The position numbers and the translations under genes were made by a program. From Macrostomum lignano (taxonomy: Eukaryota): a stretch of 64,000 bases of DNA. The notes under the pieces were generated by a model, which saw only the letters and a list, made by a program, of their open reading frames with translations, ran no database searches and was not told where the DNA came from. The DNA lies in the NCBI GenBank assembly GCA_002269645.1, contig NIVC01001021.1, forward strand, positions 62,001 to 126,000, read 5' to 3'. Shown here piece after piece: positions 47,632-60,140 of this stretch (position 1 is its first letter; each line of letters begins with the position of its first letter).

Positions 47632-48545
47632 CAATTGTCTATGGTACAGATTGTGTTGGTAAGTGTCTATGGTACAGATTGTGTTTGCAAGTGTCTATGG
47701 TACAGATTGTGTTTGCAAGTGTCTATGGTACAGATTGTGTTGGTAAGTGTCTATGGTACAGATTGTGTTGGTAAGTGTCTATGGTACAGATTGTGTTGGT
47801 AAGTGTCTATGGTACAGATTGTGTTGGTAAGTGTCTATGGTACAGATTGTGTTGGTAAGTGTCTATGGTACAGATTGTGTTGGTAAGTGTCTATGGTACA
47901 GATTGTGTTGGTAAGTGTCTATGGTACAGATTGTGTTGGTAAGTGTCTATGGTACAGATTGTGTTGGTAAGTGTCTATGGTACAGATTGTGTTGGTAAGT
48001 GTCTATGGTACAGATTGTGTTGGTAAGTGTCTATGGTACAGATTGTGTTGGTAAGTGTCTATGGTACAGATTGTGTTTGCAAGTGTCTATGGTACAGATT
48101 GTGTTTGCAAGTGTCTATGGTACAGATTGTGTTGGTAAGTGTCTATGGTACAGATTGTGTTGGTAAGTGTCTATGGTACAGACTGTGTTTGCAAGTGTCT
48201 ATGGTACAGATTGTGTTTGCAAGTGTCTATGGTACAGATTGTGTTCGCAAGTGTCTAATGGTACAGATTGTGTTTGCAAGTGTCTATGGTACAGATTGTG
48301 TTGGCAAGTGTCTATGGTACAGATTGTGTTTGCAAGTGTCTATAGTACAGATTGTGTTGGTGAGTGTCTATGGTACAGATTGTGTTGGTGAGTGTCTATG
48401 GTACAAATGTGTTGGCGCTTCCTTGCAGTATGGCTCTGGCGCCTCCTTACAGTATGGCTCTGGCGCTTCTTTACAGTATGGCTCTGGCGCTTCCTTACAG
48501 TATGGCTCTGGCGCTTCCTTACAGTATGGCTCTAGCGCTTCTTTA
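47632..48545. repeat. 28-bp minisatellite (GTGTCTATGGTACAGATTGTGTTGGTAA)n to ~48410, followed by a 24-bp unit (CAGTATGGCTCTGGCGCTTCCTTA)n
   Basis: Directly visible. Confidence 0.95.
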
Positions 48546-49145
48546 CGACTAGAGCTGCTGCCCTAAATACGAGCGTACATATATTTAGGCGGTTAAAATG
48601 TCATGCTTCGTTGTTGCCAGTTGCCCTAATTGATCTGGGTGAATTAATGATTTTATCAGTGGGAGCAGTTACAATAGGTATTTAAAGAGTTCTTTTCGGT
48701 GTTTTGTCATCTTATTTGGAATGGGCCATTGAACGCGACAGCTATAGGTGAAATTATGGCAAATTGTATATGAGCAGTAAATTAGCTTATGATAATCAGT
48801 TGTCAATTTGCGATTTTCTTAATCGTCGAATAGCTACTTGAATCAAATACTCTGAATTTGAACGAATCTCCAGTTTTTTAAACCCGGAGATCCCAAATCA
48901 AACCTTTATAGTTTTTGCACTCGTGACGGAGATCGGGATCTCCGGATAGAGAGACCTGACCTTGCCCTGGAGATCCCACAAGGATTAGGGATCTCCTAGC
49001 GCGGGGACCCATAGGAGATTTTAAACCCTTTAAGGTCTCCGGTCGGAGATCCCAGCCCGTTTGCAGTCTCCGGATCGGCGACCCAGAATTGGCCGGAGCC
49101 CCGGAGATTCTAAACCGTAACAGCGGGATAGACGCGAGAGTCGAA

Positions 49146-49286
49146 TTACGTCAGTCCCCGGCACCTCGGAACTCTGTCCTCTCTGTCTGTGTTTCCCGGG
49201 ATCCGTACAAATTCCAAGACATCCGACCTCTGTCCCTATTGGCCCGTTCCGAACTTCGAGTTCAAACCAATCCGCCGGTATAAATA
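49146..49286 (+). promoter_or_regulatory. Putative core promoter of the RFamide gene
   Basis: CRE-like TTACGTCA 49146-49153, CCAAT 49267-49271, TATAAAT 49279-49285, ~85 nt upstream of the ATG. Confidence 0.6.
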
Positions 49287-49368
49287 CAGTTTGGAGAGTC
49301 AAGAATTTTCATGCTTCGCTTCGCTGTAGAGCGACCCTTGAGACAACTGAGAAAGCTTGTACTTGAGC

Positions 49369-49608
49369 ATGAGTCGCTACGGTTTCCTACTAGTTCTGCT
49401 GCTTCATGTAGGCGTGCTTGCGCCTGTGCAGGCGGCTCCTTGGAACAGCCGAATGCTCTGGTACTCGACGCAGCTGTCCTACCAGCCTCTGCTGCAGAGT
49501 CGGGACTCAAACCAGCCGGCCAGTTCCGGAGACAACAGCTGGCGTTTCTGGTGGAATGGACCGAATGGATATCGCTGGGGCAGCATAATGCGCTTTGGAA
49601 AGCGCTAG
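49369..49608 (+). CDS. RFamide neuropeptide precursor, 79 aa, predicted to yield WGSIMRF-NH2 or an N-extended form
   Basis: Signal peptide MSRYGFLLVLLLHVGVLAPVQA. The C-terminus YR-WGSIMRF-G-KR-stop has an amidation Gly and a dibasic site; a TATA box lies upstream. Confidence 0.88.
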   Translation: MSRYGFLLVLLLHVGVLAPVQAAPWNSRMLWYSTQLSYQPLLQSRDSNQPASSGDNSWRFWWNGPNGYRWGSIMRFGKR

Positions 49609-51316
49609 CTTGGTGGATGCTTATTTTGAGCTGCTGAGGGCTCGGTTTCTCGGAGACAAGTGTCTGTTTTCTGTTTGTGGCACCACGCTTCATTTTTTTA
49701 GGAACAAATTCGTCCTTGCACCTACTTGTTGTTTCGTTTCAAAGCGCTTTCACATGCATCGAACGTTTTTGTGGTAACCACAGTCAACAAATAAGTCAGA
49801 AAAAACCTACCAAATTTCTGCTTTTGCAATACACGGAAGTTACATTTTTTTCGAATTCTCTGTAATTTTTTGGTAAACTTCTATTGTAGATCTCGCGTAT
49901 AGTACAACCATATGCCCCCACTTCCTTTAACACCCACTTTAAAAATCTATATGCAATGTGAAAACATATTGTAACGGATTATAAAACGTCAAGTTTTCCC
50001 TCAATATAAAACTATTCGCTTTTTGTGCGTGAAAAAAATTCATGAAAAATGATTTCGTTTTATTTATTTACTCTTTTGAAAGTTGAGAAAGATAGCTGAT
50101 TTTTGTTTAAAAGAATTTATTATCGTCTCAAACTTTCACAAGCAAAATACGTGTACCCGTATTATACTACTTGTAGCCGTACATTTCACACGCACAACGC
50201 AGTAATCGGTTAGCGTTGTATAAAGCCTTGTCTATACTGAAGCGAAGACGCTGCAATAAACATAAGTAGTATACACGGAAAACTGTACTATAAAATATCA
50301 ATTTACTAAGAGAACCACTGAATCCAGGAATAATGCAAAGAGCGATTGACTGATTAATGATTAAGTATTTAAAGGAAAAGAAAACAAAAGGAAGAAACTT
50401 AGAATTCAACTATTTGAACTGTTAAAAAAGAAAGAAAAAAAAACAGAATCGATACATGTACGATCGTATTTATACTTGTCTTATGAACAGATAATAAATT
50501 TAGGAAACAATATATAGCTCGTATTCGATTGAAAAAAGAACACGCAAGACAGGATGTTACCAGAATGTTTTTGCACAAAGAGATCACTGCCTGCATCTAT
50601 ATATGCGTTCAATTGTGGTAAAGTTGAATCTGGAGTTCGAATATCCTGTGACGTTGCCAGTTTAAAGTGGTCCCGCAAAAGGGCCGTTGGTTGGACTACA
50701 ATTTCCCTACAATTTCTCATTTAAATTTTCCAATCTCGTATTCTCACGTTTACTTGTAGTAGCGCGCTACGAATCTGTATCAATTGCTAAATCACTGCGT
50801 ACTTTGTAATCTTTGCGTACGTCTGTAGGGTCTCGCGCGATCAATAATTTCCGTTTCTTGTTTTTCCCTCGCCAGCCAATGAAAACTCTCCGCATACATT
50901 ATGTTGACCCTCCTGCGCTCCTTTATTAACCCCCGCCTGGCGGCCTGGGGGTCTTCACTTGTCTTGTCTTCACTTGTCGTGGCCTCGTGTTTTCCTGCTC
51001 TCTCCTGGCTGCCTCGTGCCTCCTTATCTCTCGCCACGGCCCGCCTGTCTGGGCCAGACTTGTTTACGCCTTTTCTCTCTCTGCCTCGCTCCACCGCGGG
51101 CCAGCCACTTTCGATGGGCCTTGCTACGCTACTTTCCTGCCTGCCAGTTTGCCACCGAAGACTGCCACCACTGCATACTCATCGCCATCGCGCTACCATT
51201 TGCGTCACCTTCATCAATAAGCTCATCATCCTGCTCAATCTATTCCATTCAAATCCATTGTTGCAGCCGCCAGTGCCCTCGCGTGCTATAGCCTCTGTAG
51301 TAACTTATATTGACAA

Positions 51317-52034
51317 CAAGCTGTTGAAACCCGCGGATTTTGAACCCGGGTAATTCTAATCCCCGGAACTACTTTTGCATGTATTCTGAAATGTAAGGCC
51401 ATACACAAACAAATTAATAGTAGGATAGAGGTAGATATAAAATGGAGCACATTCGTGTAAAATTAGGGTTTGAGGCAAACGCTGATATTGTTTGCTGGGG
51501 TACTCCACAGAATGCCAGGCAATGTCTGTCTGACTCTAAAACATGTATTGGCAAACTCTGGCCTCTCCCTGACTCTCCCTATGTCCCTTGGATCCTTTAA
51601 AATTTCTATCGTCTCTTTCCTTTCTTCTCTCTCATCCCTCGTCTCTCCTCTCTCCTCTCTCTTCTCTTCTCTCTCCTCTCTTCTCTTGTATCTTCCCTCA
51701 TCTCTCTTCCCTATTCTTTTCTCTCTCCTCTCCTCTCTCCTTTCTACTTTTCGTTTTCTCTCTGCTCTCCTCTCTCCTCTCTACTCTTTCGTTTTCTCCC
51801 TCCTCTCCTCTCTCCTCTCTCCCCCTCTTCTCTCGTCTCTTCCTTCTCCTCTCTATTCTTTTCTCTCTTCTCTTAACTCTCTCCTCTACTCTCATCTCTC
51901 CTCTCTACTCTTTCCTCTCTCCCCTCGTCGCTCGTCTCTTCCCTCACCTCTCTTCTCTCTCGTCTGCTCTTTCATCTCTCCTTTCTCTTCTTTTATCTTT
52001 TCTCTCTTATCTCTTCTCGTTTCTATCTGCTCTG

Positions 52035-52109
<75 letters not shown>

Positions 52110-54142
52110 CCAATCTCTCTTCTCTTCTCTACTCTCTCCCCTCTTCATTCTCCTATTTCCTCTTCTCTCTCCCTGTCTCTCCTCTCTCCTCTAGTCTCTG
52201 TAATCTCTTCTTTCTTATCTCTCCTCTGTTCTCTGTACTCTCCCATCTCTCGTCTGTTCATCTGCTCTCTCATCTGTCATCTTTACTCTCTTATACGTTC
52301 TCTCACTTATCTCCTCTGTACTCTTCTCTTTCACCTCTTCTGACTCCTCTCTTTCCTTACTCCTCTCTTCTTTTCTCTTCCCTCTTCTATACTCTCTCTC
52401 TCCTCTATTATCTTCTCTCGTCTCTCTGCACTCTCATCTCACCTTTTTCATCTCTCATCTCTTCTTTCATCTGTCTCATCTCTACAATCTCATCTTTTTC
52501 CTCTCTCCTCCTCTTCCCTTTACTCTCTCATCTCTCCTTTCTCCCATCTTCTTACACCCCTCTCTTATCTCTATCTCTTCTCTTCTCACCCCTTCTCTCC
52601 CCCTCTTATCTCCTCTCTTTTCTATCCTTTCTACTCTCTCCTCTCTAATCTCTCCTCTCCTCTTGACCCTCTGTCATCTTCTTTCTGCTCTCTCATCGCT
52701 ACTCTCTTCTCACTCTTCTCTACTCTCCTCTCATCGATCCTCTGTCTCATCTCTCCCCTCTTCTCACCTTTACTCTTTCCTCTCCCTCCTTTCTCCCCTC
52801 CTCTCGCTTCTTCCTCCCTTCTTCTCTGCTCTCTCCTCACCACTTGTCTCTCCTCTTATATTCCATGTTTTCTCATATCCCCCTCTCGCCTCTCCTCTCT
52901 TCTAATAGTCTATTCCTTCTCCTTTCCACTCTCATCTGGCCCGCACATAAGCTGGATACTGAATTCTTTATCTGGCTTTTGAAGTAAAAGTCTGCCCATT
53001 CCTGCTTGGAAAGCCAGTTTGTGGGACGTAGTACTCTCATGGCTGTTCTCATGCTTTGATCATGTCATCTTTCTTGCCAATTTGCAGTCCTGAAAAGAAT
53101 TTGTGTATTTGCAGCTCCACTGCAGTCTGCATCAGTCTAACAACCAAGGAAATACGCATTTCTTAGGAGGACATTTAAAATTTAAAGTATTTTTAAGAGA
53201 AACCTAAAATTTCCATGGTGTGACTAATTTAGTAGGGTTGTATTGCATTGTATCGCCTTTTCATAAATCTTTCGCTTTACAAACCATGCTGGATTCCCTC
53301 GATTTGCCATCCACTGTTAAACTGCTGCAGAGTTTGCCAATACAGAGGACAGTGGTTAGAATTTCTCACTAAACTGTCATGGCTAAACGTAGCCTCTCCA
53401 CGCGCGGGGGTACAGAGAAGGCTATTAAAAAGTTATTCCAAAACACTGTACATTTGCTATGTATGTACATTCAGCCCTATCGCCTGACCCTTCGTCTGGG
53501 CTGGGGGAATGAGTGAGTTGAGCGCCACAAACAACAGAAAAAGCAGACAAACTTCACACGCTTACAATTTCTTTCCTGAATGAGTTAAAGAGTTGTAACT
53601 TTACATTTAGACAGAAAATGAGTCAATAAAGAATTGTGTCAAGTTTGAAGTCAATCGCTTCACGTGGAGCAAAACTATGGCAGCCGAAAGTTAGGCATTT
53701 TAAAACCTATTCACACCCTTTGCCCAGATCGGGAAAGAGAGGCAGGCGGGCGGACGTTGGGGTGGTTGCTACGCTGTAAAAAACAGCCTAACTTTAAAAG
53801 TGCACAGCACCGCTCAGGATTAACTTTGAGACTCGAAATTTTACACGATTGTGTCAAAATAGTTGAAAATTGATTGTGTCAAATTTGAAGAGGATCGGTA
53901 GAAGTGGAGCGGCGCTATGGAGGCTTTAGTAAAAAATCGCGCATTTTGAGCAGTTTTTTGCACTTTTAGGTAGGAAGACTCAAGTTTAGGAAATTTAAAG
54001 GTAGCCTAAGACATTCTCCGTAGTGAGTTTAGGGTGGATGTAAAATTTGGTGTCATTTGGTTGAGCGGTTTGGGAGTCCATAGCGATCAAAATTGTCCAC
54101 ACACAGACACACACACAGAGTTTTGATTTTTATAGTTAGAGA
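51317..54142 (-). mobile_element. Non-autonomous Helitron, copy A
   Basis: Minus strand: 5'-TC, CA/GACA microsatellite, GA-rich core, 3' GC hairpin (CCCGGGTTCAAAATCCGCGGG) ~10 nt before the CTTG end, followed by T. Confidence 0.85.
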
Positions 54143-54846
54143 CAAGCTGTTGAAACCCGCGGATTTTGAACCCGGGGAATTCTAATCTCCGGAACTACTT
54201 TTGCATGTATTCTGAAATCTAAGGCCATACACAAACAAATTAATAGTAGGGTAGAGGTAGACGTAAAATGGAGCACATTCGTGTAAAATTAGGGTTTGAG
54301 GCAAACGTTGATATTGTTGGCTGGGGTACTGCGCAGAATGTCAGGCAATGTCTGTCTGACTCTAAAACATATATTGCTAAACTCTGGTCTCTCCCTGACT
54401 CTCCTATGTCCCTTGGATCCTTTAAAATTTCTATCGTCTCTTTGTTTCCTTTCTTCTCTCTCATCCCTCGTCTCTCCTCTCTCTTCTCTCCTCTCTCCTC
54501 TCTTCTCTTGTATCTTCCCTCATCTCTCTTCTGTTTCATCTCTCTTCCCTATTCTTTTCTCTCTCCTCTCCTCTCTCCTTTCTACTTTTCGTTTTCTCTC
54601 TGCTCTTCTCTCTCCTCTCTACTCTTTCGTTTTCTCCCTCCTCTCCTCTCTCCTCTCTCCCCCTGTTCTCTCGTCTCTTCCCTCACATCTTTCCTCTCTC
54701 TCTTTCCACTCATCTCTTTTCTTGTTTTATATCTTCTCTCTCCCCTCGTCGCCCGTCTCTTCCCTCACCTCTCTTCTCTCTCATCTGCTCTTTCATCTCT
54801 CCTTTCTCTTCTTTTATCTTTTCTCTTCTCGTTTCTATCTGCTCTG

Positions 54847-54927
<81 letters not shown>

Positions 54928-57122
54928 CTCTTCATTCTCCTATTTCCTCTTCTCTCTCCCTGTCTCTCCTCTCTCCTCTAGTCTCTGTAATCTCTTCTCT
55001 CCCATCTTTCTTCTCCTCTCTACTCTCTCCCCTCCATTCTCCTCTTTTCTCTCCTCTCGCCTCACTCACTTCTCTCTCCCTTTGTCTCTCCTCTCGTCTC
55101 TGTAATCTCTTCTCTCTTATCTCTCTTCTGTTCTCTCTATTCTCCCATCTCTCGTCTGTTCATTTTCGTCTCTGCTCTCAGCTCATCCCCCCTCTTTCAT
55201 CTGTCATCTTTACTGTCTTAATGTTCTCTCATTTTGTCCTCTGTACTCTTTTCTTACACCTCTTTTGTCTCCTCACTTTCCTTTCTCCTTTCTTCTCTTC
55301 TCTTCTCTTCCCTCTTCTATATACTCTCTCCATCTCTTGTCTCGTCTCTTCTCTCTCCACTCTCCTCCTTTATCTCTCATCTCTCATTTCTCATCTCTCC
55401 TTACACCTCTCTCATCTGTACAACTTTATCTCTTCTCTCTTCCATTCTCTCTCTTATCTCTCCTTTCTCCTCTTTACTAACTCCTCTCTACTCGCTCCTC
55501 TACACTCTCCTCTCCACTCGCTACTCTACTGTCTACTCTCTCCTATCTACTCGCTCCTCTACTCGCTCCTCTACTCTCTCCTCTCTACTCGCTCCTCTCT
55601 ACTCTTTCCTCTCCACTCGCTACTCTACTCTTTCCTCTCCACTCGCTACTCTACTCTTTCCTCTCCACTCGCTACTCTACTCTCTACTCTCTCCTCTCTA
55701 CTCGCTCCTCTCTACTCTTTCCTCTCTACTCGCTCCTCTACTCTCTCCTCTCTACTCGCTCCTCTACTCTCTCCTCTCTACTCTCTCCTCTCATCGTCCT
55801 CGCTCCCTCATCTCTTCTATTATCTTTTATCTTTTCTCTTATTCCCTCTCTCACCTCTCCTCTCTTTTCGAATAGTCTATTCCTTCTTCTCCCCACTCTC
55901 AACTGCCCTCAGCCATAAGCTGGATTCTTTTCTGGACTTAGAGGTAAAAGTCTGCCCATTCCTGCTTGGAAAGCCAGTTTGTGGGACGTAGTACTCTCAT
56001 GGCTGTTCTCATGCTTTGATCATGTCATCTTTCTTGCCAATTTGCAAGCCCTGAAAAGAATTTTTGTATCTTCAGCTCCACTGCAGTCTGCATCAGTCTA
56101 ACAACCAAGGAAATACGCATTTCTTAGGAGGCCATTTAAAATTTACACAGTACCTTTAAAAGAAACCTAAAATTTCCATGGTGTGCCTAATTTAGTAGGG
56201 TTATATTGCATTGCATCGCATCGCCTTTTCATAAATCTTTCGCTTTTACAAACCATGCTGGATTCCCTCGATTTGCCAATTGCCATCCAGTGTTAAACTG
56301 CTGCAGAGTTTGCCAATACAGAGGGGAGGGCAGTGGTTAGAATTTCTCACTAAACTGTTATGGCTAAACGTAGCCTCTCCACTCTCGGGGTGCAGAGAAG
56401 GTTATAAATAAAGCTATTCCAAAACACTGTACATTCGCTATGTACATTGAGCCCTATCGCCTCACCCTTCGTCTGGACTGCGGGAATGAGTGAGTTGAGC
56501 GCCACAAACAACAGAAAAAGCAGACAAACTTCACATGCTTACAGTTTCTTTTTCGGTTGAGTTACAGAGTTGAAACTTTACATTTAGACAGAGAATGAGT
56601 CAATAAAGAATTGTGTCAAGTTTGAAGTCAATCGCTTTACGTGGAGCAAACTTATGGCAGCTGAAAGTTAGTCAATTTTGAAACCCTTTTACACATCAGG
56701 GTCCAGATCGGGAAAGAGAGGCAGGCGGGCGGAGGTTGGGGTGGTTGCTACGCTGAAAAAAACAGCCTAACTTTAAAAGTGCACAGCACCGCTCAGGATT
56801 AACTTTGAGATTTGAAATTTTACACGATTGTGTCAAAATAGTTGAAAATTGTCTGTGTCAAATTTGAAGAGAATCGGTAGAAGTGGAGCGGCGCTATGGA
56901 GGATTTAGTGAAAAAATCGCGCATTTTGAGCAGTTTTTTGCACTTTTAGGTAGGAAGACTTGAGTCTAGGAAATTAAAAGGTAGCCTAAGACATTCTCCG
57001 TAGTAAGTTTAGGGTGGGTGTAAAGTTTGGTGTAATTTGGTTGAGCGGTTTGGGAGTCCATAGCGATCAAAATTGTCCACACACACACACACACACAGAG
57101 TTTTGATTTTTATAGGTAGAGA
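54143..57122 (-). mobile_element. Non-autonomous Helitron, copy B
   Basis: Same termini and internal blocks; its CTTG end is joined directly to the TC of copy A. Confidence 0.85.
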
Positions 57123-57125
57123 AGA

Positions 57126-58045
57126 CAAGCTGTTGAAACCCGCGGATTTTGAACCCGGGGAATTCCAATCCCTGGAACTACTTTTGCATGTATTCTGAAA
57201 TCTAAGGCAATACACAAACAAAAACTTGTTAATAGTTAGTAAGATAGAGGTGGACATAAAATGGAGCACATTCGTGTAAAATTAGGGTTTGAGGCAAACA
57301 TTGATATTGTTGGCTGGGGGTACTCCGCAGAATGTCAGGCAATGTCTGTCTGACTCTAAAACATGTATTGGCAAACTCTGGCCTCTCCCTGACTCTCCCT
57401 ATGTCCCTTGGATCCTTTAAAATTTCTATCGTCTCTTCTGTTTCCTTTCTTCTCTCTCATCCCTCGTCTCTACTCTTTCCTCTCTCTTCTCTCCTCTCTT
57501 CTCTCGTATCTTCCCTCATCTCTTCCCTATTCTTTTCTCTCTCTCTCCTCTCTCCTTTCTACTTTTCGTTTTCTCTCTGCTCTCCTCTCTCCTCTCAACT
57601 CTTTCGTTTTCTCTCTCCTCTCCTCTCCTCTCTCCTCTCTCCCATCTTCTTTCGTATCCTCCCTCATCTTTCTTCTCTTTCATATCTCTTATCTTATCTC
57701 TTCCCTCTTCTTTTCTCTCTCCTCTCCTCTCTCCTCTCTCCCCTCTTCTCTCGTCTCTTCCTTCTCCTCTCTATTCTTTTTTCTCATCTCTTAACTCTCT
57801 CCTTTACTCTCTCATCTCTCCTCTCTCCTCTTTCCTCTCTCTCTCATCTCTCCCCTCTTCTCTCGTCTCTTCCCTCACCTCTTTCCTCTCTCTCTTTCCT
57901 TTTATCTCTTTTCTTGTTTTATCTCTTCTCTCTCCCCTCGTCGCTCGTCTTTTCCCTCACCTCTCTTCTCTCTCGTCTGCTCTTTCATCTCTCCTTTCTC
58001 TTCTTTTATCTTTTCTCTCTTATCTCTTCTCGTTTCTCTCTGCTC

Positions 58046-58086
<41 letters not shown>

Positions 58087-60084
58087 CCTCTCTCTCTCTC
58101 TTATCTCTCCTCTCCCGTCTCTCGTCTGTTCACCCTCATCTCTTCTCTCTCATCTGTCATCTTTACTCTCTTATACGTTCTCTCACTTATCTCCTCTGTA
58201 CTCTTCTCTTTCACCTCTTCTGACTCCTCTCTTTCCTTTCTCCTTTCTCCTCTCCTCTTCTCTTCTCTTCCCTCTTCTATACTGTCTCCCTCTCTTGTCT
58301 GCTCTCGTCTCTCTGCACTCTCCTCTCACCTTTTTCATCTCTCATCTTTACTCTCTCATCTCTCCTTTAATCTGTCTCATCTCTACAATCTCATCTCTCC
58401 TTTCTCCCCTCTTCTTACACCCCTCTCTTATCTCTATCTCTTCTCTTCTCACTCCTCTCTCCCCCTCTTATCTCATTTCTTCTCTATCCTTTCTACTCTC
58501 TCCTCTCTAATCTCTCCTCTCCTCTTGACCCTCTGTCATCTTCTTTCTGCTCTCTCATATCTTCTCTCTTCTCACTCTTCTCTATTCTCCTCTCATCGAT
58601 CCTCTGTCTCATCTCTACCCTCTTCTCACATTTACTCATCTCTACTCTCTTCTCACTCTTCTCTATTCTCCTCTCATCGATCCTCTGTCTCATCTCTCCT
58701 CTCTTCTCACATTTACTCTTTCCTCTCCCTCCTTTCTCCCCTCCTCTCGCTTCTTCCTCCCTTCTTCTCTGCTCTCTCCTCACCACTTGTCTCCCCTCTT
58801 ATCTTCCATGTTTTCTTTATCCCCCTCTCGCCTCTCCTCTCTTCTAAATAGTCTATTCCTTCTCCTTTCCACTCTCATCTGGCCCGCACATAAGCTGGAT
58901 TCTTTTTCTGGCTTTTGAAGTAAAAGTCTGCCGATCCCTGCTTCGAAAGCCAGTTTGTGGGACGTACTACTCTCATCGTTGTTCTCATGCTTTGATCACG
59001 TCATCTTTCTTGCCAATTTGCAGCCCTGAAAGGAATTTTTGTATTTTCAGCTCCACTGCAGTCTGCATCAGTCTAACAACCAAGGAAATACGCATTTCTT
59101 AGGAGGCCATTTAAAATTTACACACTACCTTTAAAAGAAACCTAAAATTTCCATGGGTGTGCCTAATTTAGTAGGGTTGTATTGCATTGCATCGCATCGC
59201 CTTTTCATAAATCTTTCGCTTTTACAAACCGCTTTTCGCTTTCGCTTTTTTGCTGGATTCCCTCGATCTGCCAATTGCCATCCACTGTTAAACTGCTGCA
59301 GAGTTTGCCAATACAGAGGAGGGGAGGGCAGTGATTAGAATTTCTCACTAATTAAACTGTTATGGCTAAACCTAGCCTCTCCACTCTCGGGGTGCGAGAA
59401 GGCTATAAAAAAGTTATTCCAAAACACTGTACATTTGCTATGTACATTCAGTCCTATCGCCTGATCCTTCGTCTGGCTCTGGGGAATGAGTGAGTGAGTG
59501 GCACAAACAACAGAAAAAGCAGACAAACTTCACACGCTTACAGTTTCTTTTCTGAAAGAGTTAGAGAGTTGTAACTCTACATTTAGACAGAGAATGAGTC
59601 AATGAAGAATTGTGTGAAGCTTAAAGTCAATCGCTTCACGTGGAGCAAACTTATGGCAGCTGAAAGTTAGTCAATTTTGAAACCCATTTTACACATCTGG
59701 GCCCAGATCGGGATCGGGAAAGAGAGGCAGGCGGGCGGAGGTTGGGGTGGTTGCTACGCTGAAAAAAACAGCCTAACTTTAAAAGTGCACAGCACCGCTC
59801 AGGATTAACTTTGAGACTCAAAATTTTACATGATTGTGCCAAAATAGTTAAAGATTATCTGTGTCAAATTTGAAGAGAATCGGTAGAAGTGGAGCGGCGC
59901 TATGGAGGATTAAGTGAAAAAATCGCGCATTTTGAGCAGTTTTTTGTACTTTTAGGTAGGAAGACTTGAGTCTAGGAAATTTAAAGGTAGCCTAAGACAT
60001 TCTCCGTAGTAATTTTAGGGTGGGTGTAAAGTTTGGTGTCATTTGGTTGAGCGGTTTGGGAGTCCATAGCGAAGTAATTTGTCC

Positions 60085-60117
<33 letters not shown>

Positions 60118-60140
60118 GTTTTGATTTTTATAGGTAGAGA
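57126..60140 (-). mobile_element. Non-autonomous Helitron, copy C
   Basis: Same termini; the 5'-TC is preceded by flanking A (t at 60141); 3-nt spacer to copy B. Confidence 0.85.

Noticed and set aside
51470-58851. Long Leu/Ser-rich ORFs resembling membrane proteins (also 11034-11762, 41401-42326, 43830-45248 beyond 44201)
   Set aside because: They arise from CT-rich low-complexity DNA that cannot contain stop codons.
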